Positions 8,630-15,012 of a stretch of 55,290 nucleotides of DNA are shown here, piece by piece; the stretch's first letter is position 1; each line of letters opens with the position of its first letter. The translations under genes and the position numbers were made by a program. Source of the stretch: an uncultured Candidatus Saccharibacteria bacterium (GTDB lineage: Bacteria > Patescibacteriota > Dojkabacteria > SC72); the NCBI GenBank assembly GCA_964500025.1, contig CAZCMQ010000001.1, positions 1 to 55,290 of the forward strand. Reading direction: 5' to 3'. The notes under the pieces were generated by a model. It did not search any database and was not told where the DNA came from. It was given only the letters and a program-made list of their open reading frames with translations.

Positions 8630-8938
8630 CTGAAAAAATTATAAAAAATTTATCATACTCTGTTTCCGAGCTCCGTCAGGAGCGAGTTTTCCCCCCTGGG
8701 GGGTCGATTTTTGAGGGGTCGGGAGGGGGGCTGTCGAAGAGGCTGACAGGGTGATTGCTTACTAACAAGCACTTGCACGCTGGCGCCTCATATACTTTGC
8801 TTACAGTTTTCCTACTGTTAGTTAGTGTTTACCTACGTCTTTATGGGTCGCGGACTATGCTTATGGCAGGGTACGCGGCCGGCCTAGGGTGGCCCGAAGG
8901 CAGGGTTCGGCAGGGGGTTGATGTTGCGTGCGAGCAAC

Positions 8939-8950
8939 AACATGCATGTT
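8939..8950. repeat. Palindrome copy AACATGCATGTT
   Basis: Perfect 12-bp palindrome in a non-coding stretch. Confidence 0.85.
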
Positions 8951-9090
8951 AGATCGAGGTAGGGTTTTCCTGATTCTTTTTTTTCGGCACAGCACTTGTT
9001 TTCGTGCTACTCTATAGATCCGTAGTGATTTTTTGGAGTAAATGAGAATGATTCGCAAATTGGTAGGTCTGGTCGGCGGGAGGGGTTGAC

Positions 9091-9300
9091 ATGGCGATGA
9101 CCCGCGCAGAACTCATGGAGTTCGCCGAACTCTCGGCGGCGCTCGCCAAGGACAACGGCTGGAACTACGCCGACCCCGTGGCCACGCACCAAGAAAATCT
9201 CATGGACACCATGGCCGAGCACGGGATCAGGAACCCCGATTACAGTGATGCGCTTGATCTCTACGCGCGGCTTGTCCGCCAATTCGGATTGAGGGGTTGA
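9091..9300 (+). CDS. GC-rich island ORF, 69 aa, unknown function
   Basis: GGGAGGGG Shine-Dalgarno 5 nt before the ATG; GC-rich third codon positions. Confidence 0.6.
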   Translation: MAMTRAELMEFAELSAALAKDNGWNYADPVATHQENLMDTMAEHGIRNPDYSDALDLYARLVRQFGLRG

Positions 9301-9434
9301 CATGCGGACACCGATCTTCGCACGGGCGAGGTGATGAGCATGTGGCCGGCCGATGCGGCGTATGCGGCCCGAGTGCTCGGGTGGCCCCTAGTGGATCAGA
9401 GGGGCTATTGGGCGGATTCTAACTGGAGCTGACC

Positions 9435-9614
9435 ATGAAACTGATCAAAAACTTTCCCGACAACCGGACTAAGGTTTACCAGCAAGATGGCGAGTATATC
9501 GTCCGATTCTTTGACGCCGATGGACGGCATCTGCCCGATGCTGATTATTTTACCGACGACAAAACCGACGCCTTGGCGACTGCCTCGGTGCGATGGATGA
9601 ATCTGGGAGACTGA
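9435..9614 (+). CDS. GC-rich island ORF, 59 aa, unknown function
   Basis: Not in the track (below 60 aa). GGAG 6 nt before the ATG. Sequence: MKLIKNFPDNRTKVYQQDGEYIVRFFDADGRHLPDADYFTDDKTDALATASVRWMNLGD. Confidence 0.55.
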   Translation: MKLIKNFPDNRTKVYQQDGEYIVRFFDADGRHLPDADYFTDDKTDALATASVRWMNLGD

Positions 9615-9685
9615 CATCTAGGCCGAAACCTAGCCCCTCCGGGGGCGATGGTCTGCCGGTATGTGCCGGTACTGACGAGGCTATC

Positions 9686-9892
9686 ATGACACTTCAAGGA
9701 AAAACGGACATGAACCCGCCATTTACGGTCCACCTCACGCGCACCGACTATTCCGCTATCCGCACGGCGCTCTTACTGTATCTGTGGAAGGTACAGGATC
9801 GCATCAAGGGTGGACAGGCAAATCCGTGGGATGCCGGCACCCTGATGAAAATTCAACGCGCATTAAATGCCATCGAGAATCAGTGCAAATAA
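9686..9892 (+). CDS. GC-rich island ORF, 68 aa, unknown function (shorter start within track ORF 9593..9892)
   Basis: GAGG 5 nt before the ATG at 9686; followed by the hairpin terminator at 9907. Confidence 0.55.
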   Translation: MTLQGKTDMNPPFTVHLTRTDYSAIRTALLLYLWKVQDRIKGGQANPWDAGTLMKIQRALNAIENQCK

Positions 9893-9906
9893 TTGACAGG
9901 AATCAC

Positions 9907-9928
9907 AGCCGGCCTAGCGCCGGCTTTT
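9907..9928 (+). terminator. Intrinsic terminator-like hairpin AGCCGGC-ctagc-GCCGGCT + TTT
   Basis: 7-bp GC stem, 5-nt loop, short T run, 15 nt after a stop codon. Confidence 0.6.
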
Positions 9929-9942
9929 AACATGTATGTTAA
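9927..9942. repeat. Palindrome copy TTAACAT-GT-ATGTTAA
   Basis: 7+2+7 inverted repeat; exact reverse complement of the copy at 11818-11833. Confidence 0.85.
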
Positions 9943-9945
9943 GTT

Positions 9946-9959
9946 AGTGAGTACTCACT
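9946..9959. repeat. Second perfect palindrome AGTGAGTACTCACT
   Basis: 14-bp perfect palindrome 3 nt after the previous palindrome. Confidence 0.8.
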
Positions 9960-10063
9960 TCGGAAAAAAGCATGCCAGCCTGGGTTAGGGTTTTCCCTAA
10001 TGTAAGTTTGTATGGGTCGCGGGCGACTAATATACAGACAAGTGTCAGACACTGCGGTTAAAC

Positions 10064-10079
10064 TGGCATGGGTTTTGCT
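10064..10079 (+). promoter_or_regulatory. Sigma54-like -24/-12 element (TGGCAT-N5-TTGCT)
   Basis: ctGGcatgggttttGCtt with GG-N10-GC spacing, about 195 nt upstream of ORF 10274; single occurrence. Confidence 0.3.
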
Positions 10080-10183
10080 TGCAAAATAGTTCTTGTGCCC
10101 GACGTCGGAATACGCTACAATGGGAGTATGGGTCTATGGATTGACTATTGATTCTGGTGTACCGATAGAAAAAATTCATTGGC

Positions 10184-10197
10184 TAACATGCATGTTA
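10184..10197. repeat. Palindrome copy TAACATGCATGTTA
   Basis: Perfect 14-bp palindrome 77 nt upstream of ORF 10274. Confidence 0.85.
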
Positions 10198-10273
10198 CGC
10201 GTGACAGGCCGCCCCGAATCATGAGACTATATGTGTACGGTCACTGTTGACCGCACCTACAGGAGATTGAAAA

Positions 10274-11140
10274 ATGGAAAATGCTACTGCTGTCGTCGCT
10301 GACGGACATTTAGAGCCGATCGGTAAATCGGATGCGCTGGTGCCCCAAGCGATCACTGGTCAGGGTATCGCAAACCTGCTGGCGGAAATCTCGGACGTGT
10401 CCCGCGCTGCGGGACTGGCCGCCACGAAAGCCAAGTTTGAAACGCTGCTGGCCGGAATTTTCGCGCTTGGTCAGGATGCCTTCAAAACCGTCAAAAAAGA
10501 CTTCCGCGATGCGAGGAAAGCGCAGGGATACGAGGATTCCTCGCAGCGGGCGACTGATCTGCACGCAATTTGGGGGGCGAATCAGTGGATCAAACTCCCT
10601 GTGCTGGACGAGAATGGTCAGCCGCTGTATGACACTGTGGTACAGATCGGGGCGGACGGCAAGCCCGTCATGAATCCTAATGATGCGCAGGCGACCGTCG
10701 AAATTCCTCGTATGGCGAATTGGATGCCGCAGGAATCGGAGTATGCATGGAATTCCTGCACCAATGCTGCGCGCGCTGCGCTGAAACTGGCCGGAATCAC
10801 TCCGACCGGCGGAAAGATTTTGACCGACGAGCAAAAAGAGGCGAACAAGGAAAAACGCCTCACGTCGAAAGCCGTGGAAGAGGCGAAGGTTGATCCGATG
10901 ACGCTGTTGTCTATGGCGCCTGAGGAACGGGTCAAGGTGTTGCAGGATCTGGACACGGCGATCCAGAAAAAGCGCGAAGAATTGGAGTACAATGCGCTCG
11001 AAAAATCGGCTGCCCGGATCGGCAAGCGGCTGCTGGAAGATTATTCCGGGCAGGATCTGCTGGATATGCTGACGCTGATCTGCCGGGAAGCCGGATATAA
11101 CTGCCATCTGGAAAAGAGAATCGCCGAAGCCGCCGAGTAA
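10274..11140 (+). CDS. GC-rich island ORF, 288 aa, unknown function
   Basis: AGGAG 7 nt before the ATG and a hairpin terminator 7 nt after the stop; the shadow ORFs on both strands are typical of GC-rich DNA. Confidence 0.7.
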   Translation: MENATAVVADGHLEPIGKSDALVPQAITGQGIANLLAEISDVSRAAGLAATKAKFETLLAGIFALGQDAFKTVKKDFRDARKAQGYEDSSQRATDLHAIWGANQWIKLPVLDENGQPLYDTVVQIGADGKPVMNPNDAQATVEIPRMANWMPQESEYAWNSCTNAARAALKLAGITPTGGKILTDEQKEANKEKRLTSKAVEEAKVDPMTLLSMAPEERVKVLQDLDTAIQKKREELEYNALEKSAARIGKRLLEDYSGQDLLDMLTLICREAGYNCHLEKRIAEAAE

Positions 11141-11146
11141 TCAACT

Positions 11147-11167
11147 AGCCCCCTAATGGGGGCTTTC
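11147..11167 (+). terminator. Hairpin AGCCCCC-taat-GGGGGCT + TTC
   Basis: 7-bp GC stem immediately after the stop of 10274..11140; weak T run. Confidence 0.5.
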
Positions 11168-11183
11168 TCATTAGGAATGAAAC

Positions 11184-11399
11184 ATGGCTTATCAAGTTTG
11201 CTTTTGGGCAAAAGACGGACCGAATGGTGAATCCCATCTTCGCACGGTCCGTCTTACTCGGGTGGCACAGGCCGAATCAATAGCACGGCATCGGATCTTA
11301 GGATGTGTCAGGGTGACCCTTGAACGCACCGACGGTCCGCCGGAAAAGCGGATTCTACGGAATCTGTTTATCAAGCCCGGATACAAAGATCCGTTCTAA
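11184..11399 (+). CDS. GC-rich island ORF, 71 aa, unknown function
   Basis: AGGAA-type SD upstream of the ATG; the stop codon TAA is the first arm of the palindrome at 11397. Confidence 0.6.
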   Translation: MAYQVCFWAKDGPNGESHLRTVRLTRVAQAESIARHRILGCVRVTLERTDGPPEKRILRNLFIKPGYKDPF

Positions 11400-11410
11400 C
11401 ATGCATGTTA
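11397..11410. repeat. Palindrome copy TAACATGCATGTTA
   Basis: Perfect 14-bp palindrome overlapping a stop codon and directly preceding a terminator hairpin. Confidence 0.85.
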
Positions 11411-11431
11411 AAGCCCCTAACGGGGCTTTTT
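11411..11431 (+). terminator. Intrinsic terminator AAGCCCC-taac-GGGGCTT + TTT
   Basis: 7-bp stem, tetraloop, T run. Confidence 0.7.
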
Positions 11432-11449
11432 CCATTTTGGAGTGTAAGA

Positions 11450-11647
11450 ATGAAGCCCGAACAAAAGTTTGATGGTTGGGGAAACCATTGGTTAGTAAAT
11501 CCAAAGACAGGCAAACACTCCGTAATATGCCCATATAAAGGATATGTTTATTTCGAAGGGTGGGTAGGCTGCACGGATTACTATATTTCCGGCGGGGGGG
11601 TTTTTTCTCCCGAGGAATTTATTAAACATACCGCCTTCATGGAATAA
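11450..11647 (+). CDS. Hypothetical protein, 65 aa (start moved downstream of the terminator)
   Basis: GGAG 8 nt before the ATG at 11450; the track start at 11405 would place the terminator hairpin inside the gene. Confidence 0.6.
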   Translation: MKPEQKFDGWGNHWLVNPKTGKHSVICPYKGYVYFEGWVGCTDYYISGGGVFSPEEFIKHTAFME

Positions 11648-11757
11648 ATCTTGTTGTGAATTTTCAACGCTAAATGAAGCGGTTGAATATGTTCATGATT
11701 GTTAGATACAAGGAAAAATCATGATATGGGTATTCTTATATCTGGTAGCTGTAGCTT

Positions 11758-11946
11758 TTGTTCTTCTTTTTTTTAGGGGGTCGAAAATTGTCAGCGGTGA
11801 TTAAAGGGTTCACTTATTTAACATACATGTTAACTTTTTTAAGTGGAATGTTTATCCATCATTTACCATTCCTTTTACTGGTATTGGTAATCCTGGGGGC
11901 TTTCCAACTAATAGTGGTAGAAAAATGGACTTCAGCACACTTTTGA
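11758..11946 (+). CDS. Small hydrophobic ORF (start uncertain; may start at ATG 11828 inside the palindrome)
   Basis: Predicted TM-like stretch LPFLLLVLVILGAFQLIVV; contains palindrome copy 11818-11833. Confidence 0.35.
   Translation: MFFFFLGGRKLSAVIKGFTYLTYMLTFLSGMFIHHLPFLLLVLVILGAFQLIVVEKWTSAHF
11818..11833. repeat. Palindrome copy TTAACAT-AC-ATGTTAA
   Basis: Reverse complement of the copy at 9927-9942; lies in AT-rich DNA outside the GC island. Confidence 0.85.
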
Positions 11947-12080
11947 TTTTTTACATCCTTGCGCTAACTGCGATGAGTAACCCAAACATAGTAAAAAATG
12001 TAAAAACTCTTTTGGCTGATGATGGACTCTCATCAGTTATTATAACCGCCGCAGTCTTTGCTATTTGGAAATGGGCATGA
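11925..12080 (+). CDS. Small membrane-like ORF, 51 aa
   Basis: Not in the track. Sequence: MDFSTLLIFYILALTAMSNPNIVKNVKTLLADDGLSSVIITAAVFAIWKWA; the stop overlaps a following ATG (ATGA). Confidence 0.3.
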   Translation: MDFSTLLIFYILALTAMSNPNIVKNVKTLLADDGLSSVIITAAVFAIWKWA

Positions 12081-12333
12081 AAGGCTATCCACATCTAACT
12101 GCCGGATATACGCATTCTGTTTCGCAGAATATGCTGAAATACAACAAAGCAATCGCTTTTTTGGGAGACAAACTGTGCACACACAAAAAACACAGCCCGA
12201 AAAACAACGGCTACAAGCCAGTGCTATCGCGATGATTGAAATGTTTCTCATCGCTGTCGGTTTTATAGGAATGGGAGTTTCCTTTTTCTATATCGCTTAT
12301 CTTCTTCTTATTGTTGTGGAGGCGTTTTGCTAA
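12058..12333 (+). CDS. Hypothetical protein with C-terminal TM segment (alternative: two micro-ORFs 12077..12235 and 12232..12333)
   Basis: Track ORF with an A/T-rich third position; the frame choice is uncertain. Confidence 0.4.
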   Translation: MLFGNGHERLSTSNCRIYAFCFAEYAEIQQSNRFFGRQTVHTQKTQPEKQRLQASAIAMIEMFLIAVGFIGMGVSFFYIAYLLLIVVEAFC

Positions 12334-12530
12334 TAGTTTTTACCAAAAAAGGCTCTTACCATCGTTTGAAATATGGAGACTTAAAGCCGGAATTAGATTC
12401 CGAGCCTGCCACTATCCAAGTTGATGGAATCGAAATAGAAAAATTGATTTCATTAGAATTGGTCAAAAGCAATATTGCTAAAAAAACTTGGACTGGTGAA
12501 GAGGCAGAAAGACTATGGAAAATACTGTAG
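12327..12530 (+). CDS. Hypothetical protein
   Basis: TTG start 4 nt after GGAGG; co-oriented and tightly packed. Confidence 0.5.
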   Translation: MLIVFTKKGSYHRLKYGDLKPELDSEPATIQVDGIEIEKLISLELVKSNIAKKTWTGEEAERLWKIL

Positions 12531-12763
12531 ATGAATTTGGCAACGAAATCATGTCTGGAGCAGATCTTAGAAAAGCGCAGATAGTAAAAAGACATCTCAT
12601 AGTAAGAGCAAAAAGATACTGTAACTTTGATGATGTAGACATTACTTACTGCGAAGCTGAATACGCAGATCAACCTCCAAAAGAATATTGGCCGGAGTTT
12701 TGTTCTGGGGATATTTGTATTGATCTTCAAACCGGAGAAATAACAGAGGGAGATGGTGTATGA
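12515..12763 (+). CDS. Hypothetical protein
   Basis: Packed early-arm ORF. Confidence 0.6.
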   Translation: MENTVDEFGNEIMSGADLRKAQIVKRHLIVRAKRYCNFDDVDITYCEAEYADQPPKEYWPEFCSGDICIDLQTGEITEGDGV

Positions 12764-13032
12764 AATACAAAAAAGAACTGATTGCTTGGACTAAAGGAGA
12801 AAGACTCCAATTTAAAGATGCGTTTGGCACATGGCAAGATCATCCGGGTATTGATTATGTATCTCTTCCACCGTGTCTAAGAGATACTCAAGAATGGAGA
12901 ATCAAGCCAAAAGAGCAGTATATAGCGCATAGCAGACTGACCGGCGCTTATATAGAAGATATTTCTGAGAATGAATTAGAAGATCTGAAAAAGAATCCGA
13001 ACTACATTCTGTATAAAGCTACGCCACTATGA
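12760..13032 (+). CDS. Hypothetical protein, member of a small paralogue family (AWxxGxxIQ/E ... W/YRIKP)
   Basis: ELIAWTKGERLQFKD..W..EWRIKPKE resembles 13562..13855 and 24637..24783. Confidence 0.65.
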   Translation: MKYKKELIAWTKGERLQFKDAFGTWQDHPGIDYVSLPPCLRDTQEWRIKPKEQYIAHSRLTGAYIEDISENELEDLKKNPNYILYKATPL

Positions 13033-13241
13033 GCTACGCCACCAAATCAAAAGGAAACAAACCAACATGTTTTGGTTTGGTGCGCTGTGGATATCCATAT
13101 TGCCTAGTCAAAGGTGAATGTGAAAATCCTCCCGATCCTGATAATCTTCCAGAAATACTACGCAAGTCTATAGATGTGGACTTGCTTAATCCTTTTGGAG
13201 AATCAAATGACAGAAATGGAAATCCTTCAAAAAGCAAATGA
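13029..13241 (+). CDS. Hypothetical Cys-containing protein
   Basis: ATGA overlap with the upstream gene. Confidence 0.55.
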   Translation: MSYATKSKGNKPTCFGLVRCGYPYCLVKGECENPPDPDNLPEILRKSIDVDLLNPFGESNDRNGNPSKSK

Positions 13242-13407
13242 CACTGTTACAGTGTTGGACAAACCTATTTATGAAATAAAAGTTGCAGGAGTTACTACAG
13301 AATGGACTAAAGATTACGCTGTGGCTGAAGAGGCTTTCAGAGCTTCTAAAAGTATTCACAAAAGAATGTTTCGTATTACCGGCAGTGAAAAGGAAAGAAT
13401 TCGATGA
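13207..13407 (+). CDS. Hypothetical protein (start at GGAGA-preceded ATG 13207)
   Basis: In frame with track ORF 13174..13407; better SD. Confidence 0.55.
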   Translation: MTEMEILQKANDTVTVLDKPIYEIKVAGVTTEWTKDYAVAEEAFRASKSIHKRMFRITGSEKERIR

Positions 13408-13565
13408 AGCCCAATCCACGTAAAAAACGCCCAACACTTGCTGAAAGGCGTCTTGATGCCCGTAGAGTTGATTACAACTCAATGATGGAAGCAGCCAACA
13501 AAGGAGATGGACTGAAAAAACGAGGAATGTCCGGCTATCACAAACCAGGAAGTCTACAAAAATGA
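13404..13565 (+). CDS. Small basic ORF, 53 aa
   Basis: Not in the track. ATGA overlaps at both ends. Sequence: MKPNPRKKRPTLAERRLDARRVDYNSMMEAANKGDGLKKRGMSGYHKPGSLQK. Confidence 0.45.
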   Translation: MKPNPRKKRPTLAERRLDARRVDYNSMMEAANKGDGLKKRGMSGYHKPGSLQK

Positions 13566-13855
13566 CCACTGATGAAATGATCGCCGTTCTTGTAGCTGCA
13601 AAACAAGGCAAGCGTATTCAGGCGAAATCAACTAACTCCATGGGTGGTTGGACGGATTGTCCTTTCCCAAGCTGGGATTTTCGAAATTATGAGTATCGAG
13701 TAAAGCCTACTCCATGGTATGTTATATTAGGGTTTCATGGGGCTTTAATGTTTTCTAGAGTTTACTCTAGTTTAGAAGAAGCAACCCAAGCAAAAAGAGA
13801 GCTTCTAGAAGATGGCGTGACCCGTGACATTTCTATTCATGAGATTCAAAAATGA
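13562..13855 (+). CDS. Hypothetical protein, paralogue-family member
   Basis: MIAVLVAAKQGKRIQAKS..GGWTD..YEYRVKPTP. Confidence 0.65.
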   Translation: MTTDEMIAVLVAAKQGKRIQAKSTNSMGGWTDCPFPSWDFRNYEYRVKPTPWYVILGFHGALMFSRVYSSLEEATQAKRELLEDGVTRDISIHEIQK

Positions 13856-14196
13856 AATACATGCATCTAAGATTTGGGCAAGTTTCGGATGGTAAAGCTA
13901 ACTATTATCCTCGGGGAGGAATGACTTTCGCATGGGAAGTCAAGGATGATGGTTTATCTGTGGGCGTTAGTATTTGTAGTCTTAATGACAATTTTTGTCG
14001 TCGGATCGGGCGTTCTGTAGCCGATGGACGAGTCAATTGGCATTGGAAAAATGAAGATTTCAAAAAAATCCCAACTAACAAAGATATCGCTGAGCAATTA
14101 GCAGAGCAGTTTGTTGGCCTTGATGGTTTTATAGATTATGAATATTACCTTGATTTTCTCAGAAGCAATCCACGCACTCTATACCTAGATGTATGA
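13852..14196 (+). CDS. Hypothetical protein
   Basis: ATGA overlap; 114 aa. Confidence 0.65.
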   Translation: MKYMHLRFGQVSDGKANYYPRGGMTFAWEVKDDGLSVGVSICSLNDNFCRRIGRSVADGRVNWHWKNEDFKKIPTNKDIAEQLAEQFVGLDGFIDYEYYLDFLRSNPRTLYLDV

Positions 14197-14434
14197 TGTA
14201 AACATCGACCTTTCTGCCCGGCGCAACGTTGAGTATGCAAAATGTCGGGCAGTAATTGAACGAGAAGCAAAAAATCGCATGGAAAAACGCCGTGCTAAAC
14301 AAATCGTGATTGAGTTCCTTGGAGGAAAAGTGATGCCAGGACAGGAGGTCATTACTAAAAAACATGGAGAATATGTAAATAAAAAACTCCGAGCCTATGT
14401 AGTATTTCCAGATAATACTAAGGCTGTTCTATAA
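14189..14434 (+). CDS. Hypothetical protein
   Basis: Packed ORF, 81 aa. Confidence 0.6.
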   Translation: MYDVNIDLSARRNVEYAKCRAVIEREAKNRMEKRRAKQIVIEFLGGKVMPGQEVITKKHGEYVNKKLRAYVVFPDNTKAVL

Positions 14435-15012
14435 TGAAACAACTAACACTCGCTGAAGCTAGTTTTACTTACTTAAAACCAATTTATGGTGCAGTAACAG
14501 ACTTTAGTAGAAAACTACAAGAACAAAGAAAAAAAGCAGAGTATTTAACTAAAGAACAAAAAGACAGAATACTTCCATATAGCTCAGCCTTAATTTATCA
14601 GGCTTTTAGTTGTTGTGGAGCTATAGAAATTAGCCCTGTGTATCAGCTTTCAGAAGAAGAAAGCATTGATCTAGCCAAGAATCACCTAATTCCAGAAAAA
14701 AAAGTGATTTTTTGGATTGAAGCAACCGACGAATTTGGTAGAGAATATCACTTTACCAGAGTTATGAAAAGATATGGAGCCAATCCAGTTTTTTCTTTCC
14801 ATAATCCAAATTACAAAAATGGAAACTTTTGTACATTATGGGTGTGGGCGCCGAGGAGTGCGGCTTTAGATGCTCCAAAAACAATAAATTATTCAACTAG
14901 TGACTATGAGCCAGACGCGAATAAAATTTCATTGTATCAAGAAACGATGAAACGATATAACTATGTTAATCACTATCATAATGGAATTACTCTTTCCAAA
15001 ACCACTTCTTAA
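14434..15012 (+). CDS. Hypothetical protein
   Basis: 192 aa; start overlaps the previous stop (TAATG). Confidence 0.7.
   Translation: MKQLTLAEASFTYLKPIYGAVTDFSRKLQEQRKKAEYLTKEQKDRILPYSSALIYQAFSCCGAIEISPVYQLSEEESIDLAKNHLIPEKKVIFWIEATDEFGREYHFTRVMKRYGANPVFSFHNPNYKNGNFCTLWVWAPRSAALDAPKTINYSTSDYEPDANKISLYQETMKRYNYVNHYHNGITLSKTTS

Noticed and set aside
8755-8952. 65-aa ORF (TTG start) in the first non-coding stretch of the island
   Set aside because: It has no convincing SD, uses a TTG start, and ends inside a palindrome. The frame may simply be open by chance. It cannot be excluded, because it contains a hydrophobic segment.
9081-9304. TTGACA inside the repeated AGGGGTTGACATG blocks as -35 promoter elements
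   Set aside because: No -10-like hexamer lies 16-19 nt downstream of either copy. The blocks are better explained as an SD plus start-codon context.
10310-11144. Long ORFs on both strands overlapping the 288-aa island gene (10310..11107 -, 10332..10673 +, 10618..11025 -, 10932..11144 -)
   Set aside because: Stop-codon depletion in GC-rich DNA generates such frames. Only 10274..11140 has an AGGAG-ATG start, an adjacent terminator and a protein-like (not Arg/Pro/Gly-biased) composition.
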